Below are positions 19,377 to 28,376 of a DNA stretch of 64,000 nt, in pieces (the first letter of the stretch is position 1; every line of letters starts with the position of its first letter). This DNA comes from a bacterium (GTDB lineage: Bacteria > Patescibacteriota > Minisyncoccia > Phycocordibacterales > UBA5272). The position numbers and the translations under genes are program-made. The notes beneath the pieces are model-generated. The model was not told where the DNA came from. It worked only from the letters and a program-made list of their open reading frames with translations, and searched no databases. The stretch covers positions 26,139-90,138 of the forward strand of contig JAHFMX010000003.1 of NCBI GenBank assembly GCA_023267635.1, given 5' to 3'.

Positions 19377-20750
19377 ATGTCTACATTCAAGATTACTTTT
19401 GCGGGTGGAGCACAGATGCCTACTGGGTCAAATTTCTTAGTTGAATTCGGAGGCAAGAAAATTCTTATTGATTGTGGACTCGTACAAGGGGAAAAATATT
19501 CACTACCGATTAACAGTGAACCGTTTACCTATGACCCAAAGAGCATTGATGCTCTCTTCGTTACACACGGTCACTTGGATCATGTAGGACGTATACCACG
19601 ACTCGTCCGTGACGGATTTAGGGGGACTATTATTAGTACAGAACCAACACGAGAGATGGGGGAACTCATCATGCTCGACTCTATGGGTGTGTTAGGCAAA
19701 GAAGCAGCAAATGCAAATGTGGAAATGTTATACGAAGAGAAAGATGTGTTCGAGTCTGTTCATCTTTGGACAACGACACTCGAGTATGAGAAGCCGTTTA
19801 CGTTTAAGACTGAAGACGAAGACGCTATTATTACACTTCATGACGCAGGACATATTTTAGGAAGTGCAATTATCGAGATTGCATACAAAGGAAAGAAACT
19901 CGCGTTTACTGGAGACCTCGGAAACACACCGTCTCCTTTAATGCGGGACACAACATTACTTCACGGCATAGATTATCTCGTTATGGAAAGTGTGTACGGT
20001 GACAGAAATCATAAAGACAAAGATAAGCGTGTAGAGATATTAAAAGAAGCGGTAACAACCACTATCCACAAAGGTGGCACAGTGATGATTCCTGCGTTCT
20101 CTATAGAGCGTACACAAGAAATTCTTCTGGCATTTAATGAGCTTGTCGAGAGTGGGCAGATTCCACCAGTTCCTGTATATCTTGATTCACCACTTGGGAT
20201 TAATATCACAAAAATATATAAGAAGTATGAGCACTGGTTTAATGAAAATACTGAAAAGATAATTAAAAGCGGAGATGATATTTTTGCCTTCAAAGGCCTT
20301 ATTCAAACTCCGTCACCTGAAGAAAGTAAGGCAATCAATCAAGATACACGACCAAAGATTATTATCGCGGGAAGTGGTATGAGTAATGGTGGCCGTATTG
20401 TTCATCATGAAGCGCGGTTGCTTCCTGATCCGAAGAACACGATTATCATTGTTGGGTATCAAGCCGCTAATACACTTGGGCGTCGTATTGTTGACGATGA
20501 GAAGGAAATATATATTCATAATCAACCAGTACAGATTCGTGCGCGAGTTATTAATATACACGGATTCTCAGCACACAAAGATTCGGATCATTTAGTTGAG
20601 TTTGTTAGCTCAACAAAAGACAGTCTTAAAAAAGTGATAGTTGTATTAGGTGAGCCAAAGAGTGCGTATCATTTGGCTCAAAGAATTCATGAGGAATATC
20701 AGGTTGACGTGACCGTTCCAGAAAAAGGGGATGTGATCGAGTTGGACTAG
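19377..20750 (+). CDS. Metallo-beta-lactamase/beta-CASP ribonuclease
   Basis: THGHLDHVG, AGHILGS, TGDLG, ESVYG, GSGMSNGG and FSAH motifs. Confidence 0.93.
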   Translation: MSTFKITFAGGAQMPTGSNFLVEFGGKKILIDCGLVQGEKYSLPINSEPFTYDPKSIDALFVTHGHLDHVGRIPRLVRDGFRGTIISTEPTREMGELIMLDSMGVLGKEAANANVEMLYEEKDVFESVHLWTTTLEYEKPFTFKTEDEDAIITLHDAGHILGSAIIEIAYKGKKLAFTGDLGNTPSPLMRDTTLLHGIDYLVMESVYGDRNHKDKDKRVEILKEAVTTTIHKGGTVMIPAFSIERTQEILLAFNELVESGQIPPVPVYLDSPLGINITKIYKKYEHWFNENTEKIIKSGDDIFAFKGLIQTPSPEESKAINQDTRPKIIIAGSGMSNGGRIVHHEARLLPDPKNTIIIVGYQAANTLGRRIVDDEKEIYIHNQPVQIRARVINIHGFSAHKDSDHLVEFVSSTKDSLKKVIVVLGEPKSAYHLAQRIHEEYQVDVTVPEKGDVIELD

Positions 20751-20831
20751 CGAGTAGTATTGTAGTGAATAGAAATACATAAAATCCAATCCACTACTCA
20801 CTAATCACTACCTACTATATACTGTACTGTA

Positions 20832-21407
20832 ATGAAAGCTCAGAAAATTACCATCAGTGTCTCAGGCGCTGCAGAGATTGCACACTGTGGTCCAACTGTT
20901 ATTCCAATCGCAAAAGAAATTGGGCGTGAGATCGCGCGACAAGGTGCGCAAATTGTAACAGGGGCAACATCAGGCTTTCCAATGTATGCAGCGGAAGGGG
21001 CGAAGGAGGCTGGAGGATTTTCATTTGGATTATCTCCTGCGGCAAGTAAGAAAGAGCACGTCGAAGTATACAGACTTCCTCTTAAAGCAATGGATGCCGT
21101 TGTATACACTGGATTCGGTTTTCCAGGGCGTGACCTAATGCTTGTGAGGTCGTCAGATGCTATCGTTATCGGTTGTGGGCGCATTGGTACTATTCATGAG
21201 TTTACCGTTGCCTGGGAGGCAAATATGCCCATGGGAGTGCTAATAGGAGATTGGCCAACAGACGAAGTAATTCATAATATTATTGATAACAGTGATCGCA
21301 AGAATGAGAATGTAATCTTTGAAAAAGATCCAAAGGTTATGATTACAAAACTTATTGAAATGGTAAGGAAGAAGGAAGAATCAGGGGAGGTGGAAGTTCG
21401 ACTATAA
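20832..21407 (+). CDS. SLOG/LOG-family Rossmann-fold protein
   Basis: TGATSG, YTGFGFPGRD and GRIGTIHE motifs. Confidence 0.8.
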   Translation: MKAQKITISVSGAAEIAHCGPTVIPIAKEIGREIARQGAQIVTGATSGFPMYAAEGAKEAGGFSFGLSPAASKKEHVEVYRLPLKAMDAVVYTGFGFPGRDLMLVRSSDAIVIGCGRIGTIHEFTVAWEANMPMGVLIGDWPTDEVIHNIIDNSDRKNENVIFEKDPKVMITKLIEMVRKKEESGEVEVRL

Positions 21408-21414
21408 AAAGAAA

Positions 21415-21448
21415 ATAAAAATACGGACCAGTTGGTCCGTATTTTTAT
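21415..21448. terminator. Bidirectional terminator
   Basis: ataaaaatacggacc-agtt-ggtccgtatttttat between convergent genes. Confidence 0.8.
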
Positions 21449-21455
21449 GTAGTAG

Positions 21456-21803
21456 TTAAGCGTTAACTGTTTCAACAACTCGCTTGAATGTTTCTGGGTT
21501 TTCTCCTGCGAGTTCAGAAAGCATCTTACGGTTGATAACAATTCCTTTCTTTGTCATCTTGTTGATGAATACACTGTATGTTACTCCGATTTCGCGTAGT
21601 CCAGCGTTAAGGCGAGTTGTCCAAAGACGACGCATGTCAGTCTTCTTATCCTTTCGGTGAGCAAACGCGTATGCGCCTGCCTTGCGAATAGCAACTTTTG
21701 CCTCAACTTCCTTCTTGCTGCGTCCAAAACGATATCCCTTTGCTTGCTTAAGGACATTACGTCGGTGCTTCATCGCTATTGTACTTCGTTTTACGCGTGA
21801 CAT
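21456..21803 (-). CDS. rplT: 50S ribosomal protein L20
   Basis: MSRVKR..AKGYR..RRLWTTRLNA..NRKMLSELA. Confidence 0.98.
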   Translation of the reverse strand: MSRVKRSTIAMKHRRNVLKQAKGYRFGRSKKEVEAKVAIRKAGAYAFAHRKDKKTDMRRLWTTRLNAGLREIGVTYSVFINKMTKKGIVINRKMLSELAGENPETFKRVVETVNA

Positions 21804-21841
21804 AGTAGTAGATTTTAAATAAGTAAATGCTTACAAGGGGA

Positions 21842-22030
21842 TTATAGAAGACCAGGAAGGAAACGTGACTTTTCCTTACCTGTCATAACAAACTCCTGCC
21901 CACGCTTTCCTGCGAGTTGCTTGCGACGTGTGCTCTTTGCGTTGAAGTGGTTAAGTCCTGGCTTGCGACCAATGATTTTACCGTTTTTCGTCACTTTGAG
22001 ACGCTTTAAGAATGATTTGTTTGTCTTCAT
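21842..22030 (-). CDS. rpmI: 50S ribosomal protein L35
   Basis: MKTNKSFLKRLKVTKNGK..NHF; infC-rpmI-rplT order. Confidence 0.95.
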   Translation of the reverse strand: MKTNKSFLKRLKVTKNGKIIGRKPGLNHFNAKSTRRKQLAGKRGQEFVMTGKEKSRFLPGLL

Positions 22031-22133
22031 AATATTTCTGTACCTTCTAAGATAGTTTCGCTATTCTATCACGATTTATCTTTCTAATCAAGTAAAATTG
22101 AGGTTCTTTAGTAATAAACTAATCAAATGCTCA

Positions 22134-22256
22134 AATAATCAAAAAACTGTTTTAGATACGAGGCGAGGGAGGATTTTGAAGAAAATGTACGAATAGTACT
22201 TTGACTGAAAAATATGGGCCCCTCAACAAAGTAGGTGAAACAGTTTTTTGATTATT
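22134..22256 (-). repeat. ~125-bp imperfect hairpin repeat, copy 2 (overlaps infC stop)
   Basis: Terminal IR aataatcaaaaaactgttt; same conserved loops as 17515-17640 when read on the minus strand. Confidence 0.75.
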
Positions 22257-22764
22257 TTGCCTTTTCAATAACGATCATCATAGACTTTGGCACTTTTTTG
22301 AGCGGCTCCGCCACTTTGTACTCAGCAGGGATAACAGCCAGGATACGTTCCATGCGGCTTCTGAGGAAGCTTTCTTCCATGTATTTAGTGCGCCCTTTGA
22401 GCTGAAGCTCGATTTTTACACGGTGTCCTTCTTTAATCCACTCTGAGGCTTGCTTGGCCTTAATCATGATATCGTGTTCTCCAATCGAGACACTAATCTG
22501 AATATTTTTAGTTTCTGTAATGTGTGCTCGAGCCTTTACTTCCTTTTGTTTCTTAGACATTTCATAGGTGTACTTGCCGTAATCTGCGATACGAGCTACT
22601 GGAGGATCAGCTTGAGGTGATACTTCAATAAGATCAAGTCCCACTGCTTTTGCCGCAGCAAGAGCTTCTTCTTTAGTGATAACTCCAATGTTCTCACCTT
22701 GAGAACCGATAACACGGAGTTTCGGTGCACGTATGTTGTTGTTGATGCTTACTTTGTCTGCCAA
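22252..22764 (-). CDS. infC: Translation initiation factor IF-3
   Basis: INNNIRAPKLRVI, GLDLIEVSP..PPVARIADYGKY; non-ATG start. Confidence 0.96.
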   Translation of the reverse strand: MADKVSINNNIRAPKLRVIGSQGENIGVITKEEALAAAKAVGLDLIEVSPQADPPVARIADYGKYTYEMSKKQKEVKARAHITETKNIQISVSIGEHDIMIKAKQASEWIKEGHRVKIELQLKGRTKYMEESFLRSRMERILAVIPAEYKVAEPLKKVPKSMMIVIEKAK

Positions 22765-23098
22765 AATGGTGTGTAATTAGTTGTTGCTATAAGGTAATAC
22801 TAGCAAATAAACCCTTAAAAAACAATGAGAGGAGACTTCTTTTAGGTGCAGAAATTATCGCGGAGGTAATCTTCCACAAGTTTCATGTCGTCGACAACTT
22901 CCAAGAAGCGAACTTGCTAGTTCGTCCACGAAATCGCAAACCGCACCTCATTCAGCAGAATGACTCTTGGAGTATGGCATTTTGCATGCTTGCAAAATAT
23001 GCCTGCGGCCTTCGAACCCCTCACGTGAGTGAAACTGTTCACTCACTCGCTTCCACAAAATAAAAATAACCCCAATAGTTGGGGTTATTTTTATTTTG

Positions 23099-23487
23099 TG
23101 GAAGCGGAGGGGTTCGAACCCTCGTGTATATCGGAACAATATATGACTCTACTAGTGTGTAGTTTGCTTCGTTGTAATCCTTATCTATAAGAAACAAACG
23201 AAAGCAGATAAGGATGTGCATGAATTATTTCAGTGAGTACCTCATGCGGAGTACTAACCTACATCTACTGTCATTATGCCGTTACCCTTCCCGTAGATGC
23301 GAAAAGATACGACACCAGGTCGGTCTAAATTAGACGAACGCTGGAACGAGTCCATTCACGTATGGTGAACGGATCGCTGTTGCAGAATTGTTTGCAACGT
23401 GTGTACATGAATGTTTACGAGTACTCATGCAGTCTCGACACAGCACATACAATCATTATCGATATATCAAAGCCAAAGTACGCTCCC
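23099..23487 (-). ncRNA. ssrA: tmRNA
   Basis: 5' GGGAGCG pairs with 3' CGCTTCC-A (G3:U wobble); T-loop GTTCGAA; tag ORF ANNSATAIRSPYVNGLVPAFV*; downstream of smpB. Confidence 0.92.
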
Positions 23488-23509
23488 CTAAAACATTTGT
23501 AACCAAATG

Positions 23510-23566
23510 TTCGGGCGTCCGTCTGCCATGGACCCTGCAGACGGATTAGCCGTTAAACCGCCCGAA
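23510..23566. repeat. GC-rich REP-like palindrome
   Basis: Reverse complement nearly matches the insert at 46280-46320. Confidence 0.7.
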
Positions 23567-23582
23567 TAGTATCTCATTATAA

Positions 23583-23849
23583 TCAAATACTGTTCCGATT
23601 GTCTAAATATTTTTTCTTTATCTTCTTTTTTACATTTGCAGACCAGAGGGTTTTTAGAAAACGTTCTCTATTAAAGGCTTCAGCTTTTAAATCAAATGTT
23701 TCAGTGTGTATGCAAACTAAAGGGAGTCTTGTAGCGGTTGCGGGCACTTGCCCGCTGGAGTGTTTTTTAAAACGCTCACCAATGTCTGATGTACACCCTA
23801 CATATAGTTCTCCATCTTTCTCACTGTACAGGATGTATACAAAATACAT
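23583..23849 (-). CDS. Stand-alone GIY-YIG nuclease
   Basis: YFVYIL..LYVGCT..RFKKH..AFNRERFLK. Confidence 0.9.
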   Translation of the reverse strand: MYFVYILYSEKDGELYVGCTSDIGERFKKHSSGQVPATATRLPLVCIHTETFDLKAEAFNRERFLKTLWSANVKKKIKKKYLDNRNSI

Positions 23850-23852
23850 ATT

Positions 23853-24287
23853 CTATTCCTTAAGACGCATTTCACGTCGTGAGATTTCTTCTTTTACCTT
23901 CTCTCGCTTGTCATGCTTTTGCAACTTTTTACAAAGCGCTACTTCGCACTTAACGAGGTTATTTTTAAGATACAACGAAATAGGGTGCAATGTCAAGTCT
24001 TTGTTTTCTTCCTCATAAGCCAGTTTTCCGATCTCTTCTTTCGTAAGGAGAAGTCGGCGAGTTCGGTGTTCGTCGTAAGATTTAGGCGTGTTGGCCGGCT
24101 GATAAGCAGGAATGTATGATCCAACCAAAAAAGCTTCGCCACCGCGAATGATAATTTTACTCCCATCTAAACTTCCAAGTTTTTGACGTAGTGATTTTAC
24201 TTCGTACCCCAGAAGCTCGATTCCAGCTTGGGAGGTATCCAATACGGTATATACCATGCGGAGTTTTTTGTTCTCAACCAGTTTCAT
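23853..24287 (-). CDS. smpB: SsrA-binding protein
   Basis: AGIELLGYEVKSLR, RTRRLLL and HDKRE motifs. Confidence 0.97.
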   Translation of the reverse strand: MKLVENKKLRMVYTVLDTSQAGIELLGYEVKSLRQKLGSLDGSKIIIRGGEAFLVGSYIPAYQPANTPKSYDEHRTRRLLLTKEEIGKLAYEEENKDLTLHPISLYLKNNLVKCEVALCKKLQKHDKREKVKEEISRREMRLKE

Positions 24288-24401
24288 AGTATAGACAGTA
24301 TATAGTAGGTAGTTTATAGTTGATAGTCGCCTACATAAGCAGAAATAAACTTCATGGGTTCACTACTTACTACCCACTATCAACTATGCTACTATTCTCA
24401 T

Positions 24402-26342
24402 ATGGCAAAAGACACTCGTAAAAATCAAGAAAAAAATAGTAGTAAGCGAGACATGTTACAGCAAGGTGTTTCAAAGAAAATCTCAGCCGCAAAAAAGGTG
24501 GGGGGTTTTTCTCAGCAACTCGTGGGCACGCTCATCATCTTTCTATTTCTCACGTGGGGGTATTCAATTATTACTGACAAAAAACAATCTCCAACAGTTC
24601 CACTTTCTGAGTTCGCGGCACTTGTTAACTCTCAAGAAATAACTTCTATTGTAGTAGAAGGCGACACACTCACTGGAACGAAAGCAGACAAGACGAGTGT
24701 TACAACAAAAAATGAAGCAGGTGCTTCAGTGTTAGATACATTGAGAAATTATAATGTTAGTACTTCAACATTAGCCGCAACTACTATTACGGTAAAAAAT
24801 GATAGAGGTCTTTCATTTTGGGGTTCACTTATCCCAATTCTTCTCCCAATTCTTTTTCTAGGATTTATGATCTGGTGGCTTGCTCGTGGAATCAAAGGTG
24901 CAAACATGCAAGCGCTTTCATTCGGACAGTCGAGAGCGAAGATGATTCACCCAGATGATGGAAAAGAAAAAGTAACCTTTAAAGATGTTGCAGGAGCAAA
25001 GGAGGCAAAAGAAGAGCTCTCAGAAATTGTGGAGTTCCTAAGAAACCCAAAGAAGTTTACTGACATTGGTGCGGTTATTCCAAAAGGAGTATTGCTTATG
25101 GGTGCACCAGGAACGGGTAAGACCATGCTTGCTCGTGCAGTAGCAGGAGAAGCAGGTGTTCCATTCTTCCACCTTTCAGGCTCTGAATTCGAAGAGATGT
25201 TCGTTGGAGTGGGAGCATCTCGCGTTCGTGATTTGTTTGATATGGCAAAGAAAAATGCGCCTGCAATTATTTTCATTGATGAAATCGACGCAGTAGGACG
25301 CGCACGTTCTCCTTCGATGGGGGGACAAGGGGAGGCACGGGAGCAAACACTCAATCAGATTCTTGTTGAGATGGATGGTTTTGAACAAACAGAAAATGTA
25401 ATTGTTATGGCTGCAACAAATAGGCCAGATGTGCTCGATACAGCACTTCTTCGCCCAGGGCGATTTGATCGTCGTGTGACGCTTGATTTACCAGATAGAA
25501 GTGATCGAGAAGCAATTCTTCAGGTGCATGTAAAAGTGAAACCACTTGCTGAAGATATTAATTTGAAAATTATTGCAGAACGAACACCTGGATTTTCGGG
25601 AGCAGATTTGTATTCATTGATGAATGAGGGGGCAATTCTCGCGGCACGAGAAGGAAGAAAATCAGTTGCTCAATTTGACCTTATCCGTGCAATTGAAAAG
25701 GTAATGCTCGGTCCCGAACGAAAGAGTCACGTGCTTTCTCCACAGGAGAAGAGGATTACTGCGTATCATGAAGCAGGACACGCGCTCGTTGCATCATGTC
25801 TTCCTGACGCTGATCCAGTACACAAGATATCCATCATTGCTCGAGGGCACGCTGGTGGGTACACACTTAAGCTCCCACTTGATGAGCGACGACTCATGAG
25901 TCGTGCTACCTTTTTAGATGATATTGCGATGTCACTTGGTGGGTACGTTGCTGAAAAAGAAATCTTTGGGGATATTACAACGGGTCCATCAAACGACCTT
26001 CAGGTAGCAACTGGAATGGCGCGTGACATGGTAACAAAGTACGGCATGAGTACGCTTGGACCAATTGCACTAGAGGGAAATGGAAAAGCATTGTACGGGG
26101 GAGGATTATACGGAAAAGAATACAGCGAAACCATGGGAACAAAAATTGATGATGAAGTGAAGCGTATTATGGACGACGCATGGTCTCGAGCGCGTAAAAT
26201 TATTATCGATAAGCGAGATGTGTTAAATGTTATCGCAGAAGAACTGATGCGTGTAGAAAATATTGAACGAGAAGAATTTGAAAAGATTCTTATTGTGCAC
26301 GGTATCAAACCGAAACGAAAAGAATCTGAACTTATAAATTGA
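24402..26342 (+). CDS. ftsH: ATP-dependent zinc metalloprotease FtsH
   Basis: Two TM helices; [15 protein letters not shown] ([15 protein letters not shown]) and HEAGH motifs. Confidence 0.98.
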   Translation: MAKDTRKNQEKNSSKRDMLQQGVSKKISAAKKVGGFSQQLVGTLIIFLFLTWGYSIITDKKQSPTVPLSEFAALVNSQEITSIVVEGDTLTGTKADKTSVTTKNEAGASVLDTLRNYNVSTSTLAATTITVKNDRGLSFWGSLIPILLPILFLGFMIWWLARGIKGANMQALSFGQSRAKMIHPDDGKEKVTFKDVAGAKEAKEELSEIVEFLRNPKKFTDIGAVIPKGVLLMGAPGTGKTMLARAVAGEAGVPFFHLSGSEFEEMFVGVGASRVRDLFDMAKKNAPAIIFIDEIDAVGRARSPSMGGQGEAREQTLNQILVEMDGFEQTENVIVMAATNRPDVLDTALLRPGRFDRRVTLDLPDRSDREAILQVHVKVKPLAEDINLKIIAERTPGFSGADLYSLMNEGAILAAREGRKSVAQFDLIRAIEKVMLGPERKSHVLSPQEKRITAYHEAGHALVASCLPDADPVHKISIIARGHAGGYTLKLPLDERRLMSRATFLDDIAMSLGGYVAEKEIFGDITTGPSNDLQVATGMARDMVTKYGMSTLGPIALEGNGKALYGGGLYGKEYSETMGTKIDDEVKRIMDDAWSRARKIIIDKRDVLNVIAEELMRVENIEREEFEKILIVHGIKPKRKESELIN

Positions 26343-26439
26343 CACACTGCTTTGTCGCTACAGGATTTTGCTCAGTCACCGTAGTTCTGTCTACGGCTCC
26401 TTCGCAAAATCCTTATGCTCCGCGCATTGTATTCAATTT
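26336..26439 (+). repeat. Imperfect hairpin repeat, divergent copy 3 (overlaps ftsH stop)
   Basis: aaattga...tcaattt ends; ctgctttgtcg and ggattttgc/gcaaaatcc inner stem. Confidence 0.55.
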
Positions 26440-26467
26440 CTAATTTAAGCAACTATTGTATAAAAAG

Positions 26468-26497
26468 AAAAACCGCCTCTACGATGGGGCGGTTTTT
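26468..26497. terminator. Bidirectional terminator
   Basis: aaaaaccgcc...ggcggttttt. Confidence 0.75.
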
Positions 26498-26538
26498 ATT
26501 TGCAGAGTATCTGCAAATAAATGTGATGGAGTAAAAAG

Positions 26539-26748
26539 TTATTTACCCATCGTTTGAACTTCTTTGAAGGCGTTCATGTCACCTGGGCAAGGGGAGCCAC
26601 CAGCGGCATGTACGTCGGCGAGATGGGAAGTGTCCACCTCTTCACCTGCTTGCGTGTTTGCGGCGGGAGGTAATGTTGATTCCCCGCGACCTGTTTGCCA
26701 GTTGCTGCGACCTTCTAGTCCGTCGCCTGGACTACCTGATACGAACAT
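26539..26748 (-). CDS. Small hypothetical protein
   Basis: 69-aa ORF with AGGAG RBS, ending at a terminator; downstream of the tRNA. Confidence 0.4.
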   Translation of the reverse strand: MFVSGSPGDGLEGRSNWQTGRGESTLPPAANTQAGEEVDTSHLADVHAAGGSPCPGDMNAFKEVQTMGK

Positions 26749-26849
26749 GTCTCTTCTCCTGTTTTTTATGGTACAAAATGAGTGCTTTCACCATGAAGAG
26801 CACCTTTTGTGTATGGTACTACTTTTATAAAACTTGTAAAGATTACTTG

Positions 26850-26922
26850 TGCATCCACCTGGACTCGAACCAGGGACCAGTTGTGTATAAGACAACGGCT
26901 CTACCAACTGAGCTATGGATGC
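26850..26922 (-). tRNA. tRNA-Ile (anticodon UAU)
   Basis: Full cloverleaf GCATCCA..AGCTCAGTTGGTAGAGC..GTTGT-CTTATAC-ACAAC..GTTCGAGT..TGGATGC-A. Confidence 0.93.
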
Positions 26923-27031
26923 TTGTACTTAATAGTTAAGTTCTCATACTATAGCAAATTATAGTGTATTTTTGTATTAGCTCTAAGCTATCAACTATTA
27001 CCTATAAGCTGATCTTTGCTATACTACAAAC

Positions 27032-27397
27032 ATGTTCAATATCTGGCCATATCTTCTCCGACTTGCAGTTTCTCTTTACTTTATATATCCACACGCACAA
27101 GCGGCTCTCCAAGGGGCTAAAAAGGGTTCTCTTGCAATGTTTGCATGTATTAATGAATATATCCCCACAACCATTGCTTTCACGCTCTGGCATTCATTTT
27201 TTGTTATCCTAGGAATTCTTATTCTTATTTGGCCACGTCCAATTCTTCCTCTTGTTGTAGCGCTCATCATTCTTTCTTCACAGCTGTATATCAATTTCGC
27301 ACAGCATAGTTACACCGTCGTTAATATGCTCTTGTTTGTTCTTGTGCTCGTAACGCTTTCACTTATCATCTACCACTCTCGTCCACAGTTTAGGTAA
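27032..27397 (+). CDS. Small membrane protein (DoxX-like)
   Basis: Four hydrophobic segments; N-terminal LLRLAVSLYFI. Confidence 0.55.
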   Translation: MFNIWPYLLRLAVSLYFIYPHAQAALQGAKKGSLAMFACINEYIPTTIAFTLWHSFFVILGILILIWPRPILPLVVALIILSSQLYINFAQHSYTVVNMLLFVLVLVTLSLIIYHSRPQFR

Positions 27398-27400
27398 TGT

Positions 27401-27958
27401 ATGAAATTATTTCTTTTAGCAGAGAAAGGGGAAGAGGTGTATTACAAGCCACTTATTGAACTTTGTAAACGTAATAATGTTTCTGTTGAAGTAATCTCTT
27501 ATCTTTGGAAATATTCTACACAAAAGCAAGTTGCTGAAAAAGTTGCGCTCAAGTTGAGAGACAGTAATTCCATCATCTTAGGTTTTTCGTTAGGAGCATT
27601 AGTTGCTCTATTGTCTGTTGCCAAGACAGGGTTAAAGTATAAACATTTAATTTTATGCTCCACTACGCCTCTTTTTTCTGGAACTATTTTTCCAAAAAAT
27701 GTAAAAGAGTATCTTGGTAAGAAGCGAATTCAAGAAGCGAGTAACACAAAGATATTGGACTTAGTTAAAAGTATTAATAATACACCAGTTACTATACTTG
27801 TTGGGGGAAATGAAGATAAAGAAATTATTAGACAAAACACAGCTCTTTCTAATAAGATATCTAAAAGTTATTTTATAAATATAAAAAATACTGGACATGA
27901 TATATACGCACCAGAGTATTTGAAGGAAATTAATTCTCTTTTATTAAAAATAAAATAG
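27401..27958 (+). CDS. Alpha/beta hydrolase
   Basis: GFSLG nucleophile elbow, GGNED and TGHD motifs. Confidence 0.85.
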   Translation: MKLFLLAEKGEEVYYKPLIELCKRNNVSVEVISYLWKYSTQKQVAEKVALKLRDSNSIILGFSLGALVALLSVAKTGLKYKHLILCSTTPLFSGTIFPKNVKEYLGKKRIQEASNTKILDLVKSINNTPVTILVGGNEDKEIIRQNTALSNKISKSYFINIKNTGHDIYAPEYLKEINSLLLKIK

Positions 27959-28005
27959 GCCAAGTACGAATACTTAGCCTATTAGCTGGAGGGCGAGGCG
28001 AGGAC

Positions 28006-28269
28006 TTACTTCTGAAGATCAAATTCACCGTTTTTAACGCCTTCGATGAAAGCCTCCCACTCGGCATGGGTGTACTCCAGCGTTTTTTTGGTTAGATCTT
28101 TTGTATCCCGTACCGACACCTTGTCTGGTGAAATTCTCACCGAAACACAGAACCAGGTAGGGTTGCGGAGTCCAGGTGTGCCTGAAGCACAAATGAAGCC
28201 GTCTTCATCCACTTTGCGACCGTTAGGAAGCACCGTGAACTGTTGTCCGTTTGGACCAGTTACTTTCAT
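28006..28269 (-). CDS. DUF397 family protein
   Basis: CVSV..VSVRDTK..LEYTHAEWEAFIEGVKNGEFD; AAGGAG RBS. Confidence 0.85.
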   Translation of the reverse strand: MKVTGPNGQQFTVLPNGRKVDEDGFICASGTPGLRNPTWFCVSVRISPDKVSVRDTKDLTKKTLEYTHAEWEAFIEGVKNGEFDLQK

Positions 28270-28376
28270 GTCGTTCTCCTTTAAAAATTGACAAAGTATA
28301 GATAAAAATATCTACAACCGTATACTAATAAGCTTCTCGATAAAAAGCAAATGGAATTGGTATACTTAACTTTATA

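Noticed and set aside
17515..27015. CRISPR array
   Set aside because: The repeats are dispersed hairpins or heptamers without spacer periodicity, and no cas genes are present.
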